From Candidatus Adlerbacteria bacterium (GTDB lineage Bacteria; Patescibacteriota; Minisyncoccia; Phycocordibacterales; SBAW01): a stretch of DNA of 64,000 nucleotides. The DNA is taken from the NCBI GenBank assembly GCA_029288895.1, contig JARIGK010000001.1, positions 134,682 through 198,681 of the forward strand, in the 5' to 3' direction. A program made the translations under genes and the position numbers. Below the pieces are notes generated by a model, which ran no database searches, was not told the origin of the DNA, and worked only from the letters and a program-made list of their open reading frames with translations. This document shows, in pieces, positions 13,649 through 23,279 of this stretch; position 1 is the first letter of the stretch, and the number at the start of each line of letters is the position of its first letter.

Positions 13649-14641
13649 TTACCAATCCAATTCTCCTGTCTTGTATTCAGTGACGCGGGTTTCGAAGAAG
13701 TTCTTTTCCTTTGCGACGTCGATAATTTCCGACATCCACGGGTAAGGGTTTTCTTTGTGGTACTGGCGCTCAAGCCCGATGCGCTCCAAGCGGCGGTCGG
13801 CAATGTGCTCGACGTACTGCTTTACGGTTGCAGGTACGAGGCCGACGATGCCGCGAGGCAATGATTCATCGACATAATTCTTTTCAAGCTCCACGCCGCG
13901 CTTAATATTGTCGACAAGTGTTTGTTTAAACTCTGGTGTCCAGATCTGCGGGTTTTCTTGCACGATAGTGTTGATGAGGTCTGCGCCGAACGAAAGGTGT
14001 ACTGACTCGTCGCGCAAGATAAATTGGAACTGCTCGCCAATGCCCACCATGCGGTTTTTGCGGAGCATCGAAAGCATCATCACAAAGCCCGCGTAGAAGA
14101 AGATGCCTTCCATGATGACGTAGTAGCCTACAAGGTCGTGCACAAAGCGCTGGATGTTTTCGGTGCCTTCGGTCGTAAAGCTCGGGTCAAACACCGACTT
14201 GGTCATCTCAACCACGAACTCGTCCTTGGCTTTGATGCCAGGGATGGTTTCGTACATGTTGTAGATCTCGTCTGGGTTCAAACCAAGCGTGTCACAGCAG
14301 TAGATAAACGTGTCGGTGTGCACGGCCTCTTCGTATGCCTGGCGCAAGATGTACTGGCGGGCCTCAGGGTTGGTGATGTGGCGGTAAATTGCCAACACAA
14401 GGTTGTTTGCAGTGAGAGACTCAGCGGTAGAGAAAAAGCCAAGGTTCCAGAGGATCATGCGGCGCTCGTCTTCCGACAATGCACCTGGCTTCTTCCACAG
14501 CTCGACGTCTTGCTGCATGGAGACTTCTTCTGGCACCCAGTTGTTTGCGACGCCTTTTTTGTAGTGCGTGCGCGCCCACGGGTATTTCATCGGAAGGATT
14601 TTATTTGGATCTGTCGAGCTGGCGCCGTTGATGATACCCAT
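13649..14641 (-). CDS. nrdB: Ribonucleotide reductase beta subunit, class Ic (R2c)-type
   Basis: FFSTAES, EEAVHTDTF (Phe at radical-Tyr position), EGIFFY, RDESVH, NFFETRVTEY. Confidence 0.96.
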   Translation of the reverse strand: MGIINGASSTDPNKILPMKYPWARTHYKKGVANNWVPEEVSMQQDVELWKKPGALSEDERRMILWNLGFFSTAESLTANNLVLAIYRHITNPEARQYILRQAYEEAVHTDTFIYCCDTLGLNPDEIYNMYETIPGIKAKDEFVVEMTKSVFDPSFTTEGTENIQRFVHDLVGYYVIMEGIFFYAGFVMMLSMLRKNRMVGIGEQFQFILRDESVHLSFGADLINTIVQENPQIWTPEFKQTLVDNIKRGVELEKNYVDESLPRGIVGLVPATVKQYVEHIADRRLERIGLERQYHKENPYPWMSEIIDVAKEKNFFETRVTEYKTGELDW

Positions 14642-14702
14642 ACGTTAGTGAGTGAAAGAAATAAATTTATTTTTAAATGCCCTGATAGTCTACTGAACAG
14701 AT

Positions 14703-17609
14703 CTATGCGCTGCAAGATTCGCACGCTTCGCCAATGATTTCGACGCGGCCGCGAACTGATGGTTTCTCGGCGCCTGCAAATTGCGGGACGCCCGAAGTCA
14801 TAAGAATGGGGGACGGAGTCGGCTGTTCAGCAAGCACTTCTACAGCAGCAACGGTCGTTACTGTTTCTTCAACCACGACTGCCGTTGAAGCTCCGCCTGA
14901 CTGTACTGCGCTGTCTGTCTTAGATGTGCCGCCAAACTTTGCCAAGTTAACGGTCGATTTTTCGATGCGCGACGCGCCCAAGGTGCGGAGGTAGTACGTG
15001 GTCTTGAGGCCGAGGCTCCATGCGTAGCGGTAAATGTCAGAGAGTACTTTGCCCGAGGTGCCGCCGTAGAAGATGTTGAGCGACTGGCTTTGGTCGATCC
15101 AGCGACCGCGGTATGCAGCAGCTTTAATGAGCCACGCTGAGTCAATTTCGAATGCTTCTTTATATTTTGCGCGCAGCACTTCAGGGATCTCGGTGATGTC
15201 TTGGATAGAGCCGTCATAGTACTTGAGCTTCTCGAGCATGTCGGCGTTCCACAAATTCAATTTCTTCAAATCCTCGACGAGGTATTCGTTGACGACCATA
15301 AAGTCGCCGGCCATGTTGGACTTCACGTACAAGTTTTTGTAGATAGGCTCAATGGTTGGGTAGCAGCCAGCGATGTTTGCAGTTGATGCTGTCGGCGCGT
15401 TTGCCATCGTGTTGGAATTGCGCATACCCCAGGTGCGGACTGCTTCGCGGACAAGCTGCCAGTTGAGGGTTTCGTGGCGGGGGACGTCGATCTTCATGCC
15501 GCGCTCTTGCTCGAGCAAATTGAGCGTATCTTGCGGAAGGATACCGCGGTCCCACTTGGAGCCCTTGTAGGTCTCGTAGGTGCCGCGCTCTTTTGCCAAG
15601 AGTGCCGATGCAAGGATGGTGTGGTACGAGATGCACTCCATGCTCTGGTCGCTGAAGCGGACTGCCTCATCTGAGTCGAAGTTCAAGTTCAATTTGTAGA
15701 GCGCGTCCTGCAACCCGCGAAGGCCGAGGCCAACAGGGCGGTGGCGCATGTTGGAGCGCTTCGTTTCTTCCGTTGGGTAGAAGTTGATGTCGATAACGTT
15801 GTCGAGCATGCGCATCGCAACCGGGATAATGCGGGCAACAAGTTCGCGGTCAAACTTGCCGTCGGTGACGAAGCTGCCGAGGTTAATAGAGCCCAAGTTG
15901 CAGACGGCAGTTTCTTGCGCCGAGGTGTTGAGCGTGATTTCAGTGCAGAGGTTCGAAGAGTGGACGACGCCGACATGGTCTTGCGGCGAGCGGACGTTAG
16001 ATGGGTCCTTCCACGTGATCCAAGGGTGGCCCGATTCAAAGAGCATGGTGAGATGCTTCTTCCACAAATCAGCTGCGCGGATCTTGCGGTACATACCGAG
16101 TTTGCCTTCCTCGCCCAACTTCTCGTAGCGGACGTAGGCCTCTTCAAATTTCTTGCCGTAGAGATCGTGCAAATCAGGCACGTCAGACGGGGAGAAGAGC
16201 GACCACTGGCCATCTTCTGCCAAGCGCTTCATAAAGAGGTCGGGGATCCACGTTGCAGTGTTTAAGTCGTGTGCGCGGCGGCGTTCGTCACCGGTGTTTT
16301 TGCGGAGCTCGATGAAGTCTTCGATGTCGGCGTGCCAGTACTCGAGGTACACAGCAGCAGCGCCGCGGCGGCGGCCCGAGCGGTTGATAGAAATGGTGAC
16401 ATCGTTTGCGATCTTCAAGAATGGGATGACGCCCTGGCTTTCGACACCAGTTGCCTTTACGAGCGAACCGGTTGCGCGCACTGGGGTCCAGTCGACACCC
16501 AAGCCGCCTGCGTACTTCAAGAGCTGTGCGCCGTTTGAGTATTCTTTAAAGATAGAGTGGAGGTCGTCGGGTACGGTCGAGAGGAAGCACGACGAAAGCT
16601 GGGCCAATTTGAGGCCTGCGTGATAGAGCGTAGGAGACGATGGCATGTAGTACATCGCCGACATGATTTCGTAGAACTCGATAGCCTGTGCGTTGCGGTC
16701 TTCCTGCGTCTTTTCTGCCAAGGCACACCCCATGGCCACGCGCATCCAGAAGATCTGCGGTGTTTCCATCAACGTGCGGGTTGCATGCTCTTTGGAGAGG
16801 TAGTTTGCCTGGAGCGTCTGGAGGCCGAGATAGTTAAATTCGCGGTCGCGTTCAAGTACGAGCGCGTCGCCGAGCGCTTTCAAATCGAACTCTGTCATGC
16901 GCGGGTCAAACTGGCCGATCTCGACGCCGCGGTGGATAGTACGTGCAAATGCCGAGCGGTACTCTTCTTCGAATTTATCGTATTCAATCACGCCGAGCAC
17001 CGTGCGGTACATAGTTTGGAGCAACAGACGTGCTGCGACTTTCGAATATGCCGGGTCGCGCTCGATAAGTGAACGGGTCGTCATAATAAGGACGTCCTGG
17101 ATGTCCTTGGTCTTGATGCCTTCGTACATTTCCTGGCGAACACGACCAATAATAGAGGCAACGTCGACAACATGTTCAAAGCCTTCTGCAGCGCGGGCGA
17201 GGGTTTTGGTGAGCTTTTCTTCGCTAAAGCGCTCGGTCGAGCCGTCGCGCTTCACAATAAGGAGCGAATTTTCCTGGATTTTCTCTGCGACTACTTCTTT
17301 TTGCTCTTGGCGGACTTTGTCGTGCTCGTAGCGGTAGATGATGTAGGACTTTGCAACGTTGAAGTAGTTGCGGACCATGAGCGCGGTCTCAACCAAGTCC
17401 TGGATGTCTTCGACAGAGGGGATGAACGCGGTGTTCCCATACTGGAGGTCGATGGAGTCTGCGACCACGCGGGTGATCTCTTTCGCATCAGCTTCGTGGG
17501 CATCGCCAAGCACTGCAGCGAAGGCTTTTTGGACGGCTATCGTTACTTTGTCGGGGTGGAAATCAACGATTTCTCCATTGCGCTTCTTGATCTTCTTGAC
17601 GATAGCCAT
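14703..17609 (-). CDS. nrdA: Ribonucleotide reductase alpha subunit with two ATP cones
   Basis: IKKRNG and VKRDG ATP cones, LSSCF, SNLCTEI, TTYYLR, C-terminal CESC. Confidence 0.98.
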   Translation of the reverse strand: MAIVKKIKKRNGEIVDFHPDKVTIAVQKAFAAVLGDAHEADAKEITRVVADSIDLQYGNTAFIPSVEDIQDLVETALMVRNYFNVAKSYIIYRYEHDKVRQEQKEVVAEKIQENSLLIVKRDGSTERFSEEKLTKTLARAAEGFEHVVDVASIIGRVRQEMYEGIKTKDIQDVLIMTTRSLIERDPAYSKVAARLLLQTMYRTVLGVIEYDKFEEEYRSAFARTIHRGVEIGQFDPRMTEFDLKALGDALVLERDREFNYLGLQTLQANYLSKEHATRTLMETPQIFWMRVAMGCALAEKTQEDRNAQAIEFYEIMSAMYYMPSSPTLYHAGLKLAQLSSCFLSTVPDDLHSIFKEYSNGAQLLKYAGGLGVDWTPVRATGSLVKATGVESQGVIPFLKIANDVTISINRSGRRRGAAAVYLEYWHADIEDFIELRKNTGDERRRAHDLNTATWIPDLFMKRLAEDGQWSLFSPSDVPDLHDLYGKKFEEAYVRYEKLGEEGKLGMYRKIRAADLWKKHLTMLFESGHPWITWKDPSNVRSPQDHVGVVHSSNLCTEITLNTSAQETAVCNLGSINLGSFVTDGKFDRELVARIIPVAMRMLDNVIDINFYPTEETKRSNMRHRPVGLGLRGLQDALYKLNLNFDSDEAVRFSDQSMECISYHTILASALLAKERGTYETYKGSKWDRGILPQDTLNLLEQERGMKIDVPRHETLNWQLVREAVRTWGMRNSNTMANAPTASTANIAGCYPTIEPIYKNLYVKSNMAGDFMVVNEYLVEDLKKLNLWNADMLEKLKYYDGSIQDITEIPEVLRAKYKEAFEIDSAWLIKAAAYRGRWIDQSQSLNIFYGGTSGKVLSDIYRYAWSLGLKTTYYLRTLGASRIEKSTVNLAKFGGTSKTDSAVQSGGASTAVVVEETVTTVAAVEVLAEQPTPSPILMTSGVPQFAGAEKPSVRGRVEIIGEACESCSA

Positions 17610-17950
17610 ACAGTACGTGGTTACTTTATAAAATTAATTTCTAGACTCCTAGTGGGAAATACATTATACGCCCGGAGCAGTTTTCTTTTATGAAAAATTT
17701 CGATTTTTTGCTGTGCATAAGCAAGCGGAGAACTGTTTTTGCAAAAAAGCAACACACAAATCGTGACTTCTCTAAAAAAGCTGCTATTTCTTCATTTTTT
17801 GACCCTCATTTTTGCCCCAAAATGAACTTTTTCTCCCACCGCACATGTTGGAAAATGTCCTGTGCACAGACCAGCGATATGTTTGACTTATATAAATTTT
17901 ATATGTAGAGATAAAGGTAGTTGAACACCCATATGGGAGAAGGGCGGTCT

Positions 17951-18418
17951 ATGTTTATATCAAAAAATGTGCCTGTGTCGGAAATCTGTGTTGCTGGGGC
18001 GAGGAGCTTCATGTGGTCGACCGATCTGAACTTGTTCGGGTTCGTCGATATCGAATGTATTGATGCGCCTGTACACTCGTTTCTCTGCGAGGGTAGGGAG
18101 GAGGAGGTCAAGCAGGGACGTCTGACCATGATTTCTGCGCTGTCAGGCATGAGCGGCCCCGTTTTTTCTGCGTGGGAGGAATCTACCCCAATCGCGAGGA
18201 CGCACTTCGCCCAAGTCCTCGCGCGCCAAGGCAGAGGTCAAGAAGAAGGCGAGCTGCTCGTTAACGGTACGGGCAACCTCTTTGTTGTCGGCAATAAAGA
18301 GGCCCACGTGGCTATCAAAGCATCGTGGGGGCAGGCAGGATGGCTTCTGGCGAAAGCAGACAGCTGTCTCCCGGGTGAGCGCTATGCCGCAGTGCGTGTA
18401 CGGAGTCCGAGCGTGTAA
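17951..18418 (+). CDS. Hypothetical protein
   Basis: ORF with TTGACT promoter and terminator 18404-18436; start uncertain. Confidence 0.65.
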   Translation: MFISKNVPVSEICVAGARSFMWSTDLNLFGFVDIECIDAPVHSFLCEGREEEVKQGRLTMISALSGMSGPVFSAWEESTPIARTHFAQVLARQGRGQEEGELLVNGTGNLFVVGNKEAHVAIKASWGQAGWLLAKADSCLPGERYAAVRVRSPSV

Positions 18419-18436
18419 CGCTCGGACTTTTCTTTT

Positions 18437-18985
18437 TTAAAACTTCAGTGGGATTTGGAGAGTTTTTTCGCGAGATGGGTCGCCCGAAGGGTTGTCGTTG
18501 TGGAGGACGAGGGTGCCCATAGAGCCTTTAGGCTGGGCAGGGAAAGTGACAATTGCTTTGAACGGGACGAAGTCGTCTGTCATCCACTCGCCCTGTGCTG
18601 TGACATGTCCTTGGGCAATAACATTGCCTTGTGCATTGCGGAGCTCGTACGGTGCCGACGCTTCAAAGTACCATGCGCCGCGTGCCTGGCCGGTGATAGT
18701 AAGAGGTGAGGCAACGGTGCTGCCAATAAGCGGTGCGGTGACTTCGATAATGTTATCTATTTCTGCCACCGAGCCGGCGTGATTCGAGCCACTGCTGTTA
18801 GCCTCTACAGAACCCTCTGACGTCGTTTGGGACGACGCATCCGGGTTCTGCGCCGGCGTCACATCGTGCTGTTGGTTCTGCGCAGGCTCGGTATGACGTC
18901 CTGGCAAGGTAAATACACCGATAAATCCAGCTACAAGAACTATAAACAGCACAACCGCCAAAATAAGCCCATTTCTATTGTTCAT
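18437..18985 (-). CDS. Membrane-anchored Gmad2-like Ig domain protein
   Basis: N-terminal TM; SPLTITGQARGAWYFEA, WMT, NPSG motifs. Confidence 0.8.
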   Translation of the reverse strand: MNNRNGLILAVVLFIVLVAGFIGVFTLPGRHTEPAQNQQHDVTPAQNPDASSQTTSEGSVEANSSGSNHAGSVAEIDNIIEVTAPLIGSTVASPLTITGQARGAWYFEASAPYELRNAQGNVIAQGHVTAQGEWMTDDFVPFKAIVTFPAQPKGSMGTLVLHNDNPSGDPSREKTLQIPLKF

Positions 18986-18994
18986 ACTATTGAG

Positions 18995-19657
18995 TTATGC
19001 CTCGTCCGATATGAATAATTCATGATCACGCGGGAAGAGCCACAGCGCGATATGGTAGATGCCGTACGTGATGAAGAACGCTGACATAACGTCGATGGAA
19101 TAGTGGATGTGGCCCAACAGCACGATTGTGGCAAAGAATACCGAGCAGGCGAGGAATATATAGCGCCACAACTTTTCGTGCCAAAAGGCCAAGGCGGCGA
19201 GGAATGGCAGGCCGGTGTGGCCGGAGAAGAAGAGGTCGCCGCCAAAGAACGCACGGTTAACGGACGCGCCAAAATCGTCGGCTATGTGCGGCGCAAACGG
19301 CCCCAAATGTGTCAGTGATGTAAACCCTGAACGAATGAGAAAGAAAAGCCCTGCTGTTTTGAACATAAATGCAATACGCTTGGGGTGCGAAAATGCTAAG
19401 CCAACGCTCACAACAGCAAGAGCAATGGTGCCCCAAATAAACAAGTTGTCGACTGGAAGTGCGGGCGTATTAGAGAGAATTATGTCGGGTACCGCATTGC
19501 CTGCACGTTCTGTCGCAAATTGGATAGCCAATTCGTTGATGTAGTAACACAGCGCGAAGAAGATAAGCGAAAACACCGCTGAGGTAACAAACTCACGCTT
19601 GGAGACGTGCTCTTTATAGTGCTGTAGAAACTTGCTACGCATTATTGTTCTTTCCAT
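18995..19657 (-). CDS. PAP2 superfamily, sphingomyelin/IPC synthase-like membrane protein
   Basis: 6 TM; GDLFFSGHT and HYSIDV motifs. Confidence 0.8.
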   Translation of the reverse strand: MERTIMRSKFLQHYKEHVSKREFVTSAVFSLIFFALCYYINELAIQFATERAGNAVPDIILSNTPALPVDNLFIWGTIALAVVSVGLAFSHPKRIAFMFKTAGLFFLIRSGFTSLTHLGPFAPHIADDFGASVNRAFFGGDLFFSGHTGLPFLAALAFWHEKLWRYIFLACSVFFATIVLLGHIHYSIDVMSAFFITYGIYHIALWLFPRDHELFISDEA

Positions 19658-20825
19658 TATGGGTGCGAAGTGCTTCGCGGTAAAAATCCTCGAAGGTTTC
19701 TAATGTCGTATTTATATCATGCCCTGCAATGATTTCGAGGCTATGTTCGGCCATATTTGCGCGTTTGGCGCCATCGGACAACACGTCAACGATGTGCCCC
19801 GCAAGCTCTACAACATCGCCGGGGCGGAAGAGGTATCCGTTTTTGCCGTGGTGGATGAGCTCGGGCAGGGCGACTGCATCGGCACCCAAGACGGGCAGTC
19901 CGGTTGCCATCGCCTCCATCGCAACGATGCACTGGAGCTCTGCAATACCTGCGTTTACGAAACAATCGGCCGCAGCGTAGAGCGAGGGGAGTATTTCGTC
20001 GGGTACAAAGCCGCAGAACGTGACATTTTTTTCAATCCCGAGCTCGCGCGCTAATTTCTCCAACTTTTTGCTTTCGGCGCCATGGCCTGCGATAGCGAAG
20101 TGGAACTCAACTTTTTTGAGCGCCAAAGCTGCGGCACGCAAGACGACGTCGACGTTCTTTTCTTTGTCCAAGCGGCCAACAAACAAAAGCACCGGTTTGT
20201 CTGTTGGGAGTTTGTACGTTTTTTGTGCAGGTGTGGGGTCGTTAGTTGGATTAAAACGTACGAGGTCGATGCCGTTTGAGATGGCCGGCAAAGTGCGGCC
20301 GATCCACGGTTCGATAAAGGTATTTGCGGTTTTGGTGGGCGAGGAAACGGCGTAGGTTTTGCCCAGCACGCGCACCGCGTCCTTCCATGCGAGCGCGTTG
20401 ATGCCATTGCGGACAAACTGCGGCACAGGCAGATAGTGGCTCAAGTTTTCGGGCATAAAGTGGTTGGTAGCAACGACAGCGATGCCTTGTTTTTGCGCGG
20501 CAGCGAGTGCGGTGCGGCTTACCAAAAAATGCATCTGGATGTGCACGATGTCTGGCTTAAATTCACGGATGGCTTGGGCAATGCGGCGGTTGATGATCCA
20601 TGGCAACACAAAGCGAAATTTAGGCACAATAAGTACAGGGAAGGAGCGTACTCCATACACTTTGACGGCGCCGCGCATAAAGGTGTCGTTGCCTATGCTC
20701 AGCGACGGGGAAATGACGGCAACCTCGTGGCCGCGTTTGGTCAATGCGTCGGCCAAGCGCTGGGTAAAGTAGGATGCGCCGTTCACGTGCGGGTAGTAGG
20801 TGTCGGATGCGATTAAGACTTTCAT
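19635..20825 (-). CDS. GT4 glycosyltransferase (diacylglycerol glycosyltransferase-like)
   Basis: SDTYYPHVNG, GRLDKEKN, ELQCIVAMEAMATG. Confidence 0.92.
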   Translation of the reverse strand: MKVLIASDTYYPHVNGASYFTQRLADALTKRGHEVAVISPSLSIGNDTFMRGAVKVYGVRSFPVLIVPKFRFVLPWIINRRIAQAIREFKPDIVHIQMHFLVSRTALAAAQKQGIAVVATNHFMPENLSHYLPVPQFVRNGINALAWKDAVRVLGKTYAVSSPTKTANTFIEPWIGRTLPAISNGIDLVRFNPTNDPTPAQKTYKLPTDKPVLLFVGRLDKEKNVDVVLRAAALALKKVEFHFAIAGHGAESKKLEKLARELGIEKNVTFCGFVPDEILPSLYAAADCFVNAGIAELQCIVAMEAMATGLPVLGADAVALPELIHHGKNGYLFRPGDVVELAGHIVDVLSDGAKRANMAEHSLEIIAGHDINTTLETFEDFYREALRTHNGKNNNA

Positions 20826-21391
20826 CGGGTTTCTCTATACCGGAAATACCATAGTAGCAGCCCTATAACGGCCAAGCCAATGATGATTTCGGCTGCGTAA
20901 TTGAAGTAATGCTCGATTTGGTGATATGCCTGGCCAAACAAAACACCCACGCCAAGGAACACTGCCGACTGCGCCAGCGTGACAATAAGGCATGCAAGCA
21001 CAAAGAGAGGGTAGGAGACGCGCACCATACCTGCTGCGATAAAGCCGGCGAAGCCGATACCCTGCGCAAATTTAAAGAGCATGGTCGTTTTAAAACGATT
21101 GCGCTCCATTTTTTGCTTGGCCTGTTCGATGGTTGATTGTTTGATACCGAATACCTTTTCCAAAAAGCGGCTGATTGGCCCGCCGCCAAAGCGCCCAACG
21201 CTGTACCAGAAACTGTCGCCGACGATGTCGCCTGCGACAACCACTGCATAGACAATAAGGGGGTTAAAGATACCTGATGTTACAAAAAGCCCTGCAATGA
21301 TCGTAATAATAGGGCCTTCAATAATCGCTAAGGGGAACAATACGAAATAGCCGTACTGCTGCAGCAACAAGACTGCGTGGTCGAGGGACAT
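20822..21391 (-). CDS. DedA/VTT family membrane protein
   Basis: YGY..IEGP, GDIVGDSFWYSVGR, AG; ATGA overlap with the GT gene. Confidence 0.88.
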   Translation of the reverse strand: MSLDHAVLLLQQYGYFVLFPLAIIEGPIITIIAGLFVTSGIFNPLIVYAVVVAGDIVGDSFWYSVGRFGGGPISRFLEKVFGIKQSTIEQAKQKMERNRFKTTMLFKFAQGIGFAGFIAAGMVRVSYPLFVLACLIVTLAQSAVFLGVGVLFGQAYHQIEHYFNYAAEIIIGLAVIGLLLWYFRYRETR

Positions 21392-21449
21392 ACAATAAGT
21401 ATAGCGCTTATCTATTGCCCTTTCTTTTTTATAAAACTGTGGTATACAT

Positions 21450-22160
21450 ATGCCGAAAACGGTTCTTCTCACGAAAGGCGGGCACACCGTGCTTGATTCA
21501 TACTTTTATGGGAGCCAACGGCTCTTGAGAAAGTTGCCAATCTCTGTGACGGGCTTTATTCTCATGATTTTTACGACGGATGTGCTGTACCCCGGGCGCG
21601 AAATCCTGGAGGGCATCCCATACAACGTTTCGTATGCATCGCTTTTGGCCGACGTTGGCCTCGGTCTCGTCATTGTCATCGGCGCTGAGATCTTCAAGGA
21701 CGACCACCTCGTAAAGATTTTGATGAAGGCCCCGCGTGGATTCATCTACAGCAAGGGGTACCACGTACTGGTACTTCTGGTGGCTGCATGTGTCGCAGCG
21801 CTGCTTGAAGTGGTGCCGTCGCCACTTAACAAGCCACAAGTGATGGACATCTATCACAACATCGTCGTTGTGCCGCTGTTCATGTATCTTCTCGCAACGA
21901 CGTACCCGGCCATTGTTTCGCTTGGGAATATGAGACAGCGGAGATTTGCCTTCTGGCTGCTTATGTTATGGGCGGCGGCCATGGTGTTCGATATGGCAAC
22001 CGACCGTCTGGCCCAGCGTCCCTGGCTCGAGCGTCACGGAATGCACTTTTCAGAGCTTCATAACCAAGCCCCGTCTCCCAAGACTGGGCTTTTTCTTTGC
22101 CTAGACGGCCAAATTGAGCAATGTATACTTGAGGTACAGGGCTTTTACCCGTTTATATAA
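21450..22160 (+). CDS. Multi-TM hypothetical protein
   Basis: About 5 hydrophobic helices; 3' end runs through a terminator at 22066-22098. Confidence 0.7.
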   Translation: MPKTVLLTKGGHTVLDSYFYGSQRLLRKLPISVTGFILMIFTTDVLYPGREILEGIPYNVSYASLLADVGLGLVIVIGAEIFKDDHLVKILMKAPRGFIYSKGYHVLVLLVAACVAALLEVVPSPLNKPQVMDIYHNIVVVPLFMYLLATTYPAIVSLGNMRQRRFAFWLLMLWAAAMVFDMATDRLAQRPWLERHGMHFSELHNQAPSPKTGLFLCLDGQIEQCILEVQGFYPFI

Positions 22161-22165
22161 TTAGA

Positions 22166-22330
22166 ATGGCAGAAGTTGCATATTGTGTTAAGTGCAAAGA
22201 GAAGCGCGAAATGACCGACGCAAAGGAGGTCTCATTCGCAGGGAAGGGCGGTGGTGACCGCCGTGCGATGTCGGGTGTATGCCCGGTTTGCAGCACGAAG
22301 ATGTTTAAGATCCTCCCGAAGGCTAAATAA
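22166..22330 (+). CDS. Small basic Zn-ribbon protein (DUF5679-like); not in ORF track
   Basis: MAEVAYCVKCKEKREM...GVCPVCSTKMFKILPKAK, 54 aa; TATAAT just upstream, terminator 22345-22372. Confidence 0.88.
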   Translation: MAEVAYCVKCKEKREMTDAKEVSFAGKGGGDRRAMSGVCPVCSTKMFKILPKAK

Positions 22331-22344
22331 AGCCTTGGCACTTA

Positions 22345-22372
22345 CAAAAAGCCCCCAGACGGGGGCTTTTTG
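22345..22372. terminator. Intrinsic terminator
   Basis: CAAAAAGCCCCC-agac-GGGGGCTTTTTG. Confidence 0.8.
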
Positions 22373-22439
22373 ATTTTGCTGTACATCCATTCGGCTCTGT
22401 GCTTTATTGAATTTAGAAGCAACAGGAAAGGAAAGAGAG

Positions 22440-23240
22440 ATGACACTTCCCATCGACCTCGTGTTTTTGAGGCACGGTCAGTCTGAGGGTAACCTCGCTA
22501 AGCGCCGCTCAGAAGCTGGCGAACACGGCGTATATGACGCCATACACGCGGGCCGACATACAAGGAGCTTCCGTCTCACGGCAGATGGTCGTCGACAGGC
22601 AATGATGGCAGGCGAGTGGTTGCGGAAGGAGTTCGGTTTCTTCGACCGCTATATGGTGTCCGACTATGCTCGGGCAATCGAGACCGCGGCGTTGCTCGAT
22701 TTTGAAGGTGCCTCGTGGCGCATCAACGACCTCCTGACGGAGCGGAGTTGGGGCGAACTCGATAGGTGCTCAGAACAAGAACGGGCACAGAAATTCGCCA
22801 GCGTGCTGGATATGCGCGATATTGAGCCCTTCTACTGGAGTCCTCCTAGCGGTGAATCGCTTCAATTGCTGCGAGTACGTCTCGACCGTGTCTTGGGAAC
22901 GCTACATCGAGAATGCAGCGATAAGAAGGTTATCCTTACCTGCCATGGTGAGGTGATGTGGACCTACCGGGTTATGCTCGAGCATATGCCGCAGGGGGAA
23001 TTCAGACGGTTGCATCTGTCGAAGAATCCTTTGGACAGACTCCACAACTGCGAAATCTTGCACTATACTCGCCGCAATCCTGCCACTAATGCTCTGTCGC
23101 CGCATGCCGACTGGGTGAGGAGGATCCGACCGTCTGATAATCCGATCTGGGTTTCTAACTGGAAGAAGATCGAGAGAAAGCAGTATACCAATGCAGAGCT
23201 GCTCGGCATTCTCGATCAGTATCCGGCAGTAGTGAGTTAG
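22440..23240 (+). CDS. Histidine phosphatase (phosphoglycerate mutase-like) family
   Basis: RHGQSEGN, RAIET, ERSWG, GES, CHG. Confidence 0.9.
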   Translation: MTLPIDLVFLRHGQSEGNLAKRRSEAGEHGVYDAIHAGRHTRSFRLTADGRRQAMMAGEWLRKEFGFFDRYMVSDYARAIETAALLDFEGASWRINDLLTERSWGELDRCSEQERAQKFASVLDMRDIEPFYWSPPSGESLQLLRVRLDRVLGTLHRECSDKKVILTCHGEVMWTYRVMLEHMPQGEFRRLHLSKNPLDRLHNCEILHYTRRNPATNALSPHADWVRRIRPSDNPIWVSNWKKIERKQYTNAELLGILDQYPAVVS

Positions 23241-23279
23241 ATAACGTTAGGCCTGACAGCAATGTCGGGCCTTTTCTTT

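Noticed and set aside
9275-18418. Active diversity-generating retroelement
   Set aside because: No reverse transcriptase, Avd or TR/VR pair was found in the window.
22060-22160. C-terminal 30 aa of the 21450 ORF as a real domain
   Set aside because: It reads through a terminator and the next promoter; more likely a lost or shifted stop (an out-of-frame TAA sits at 22061).
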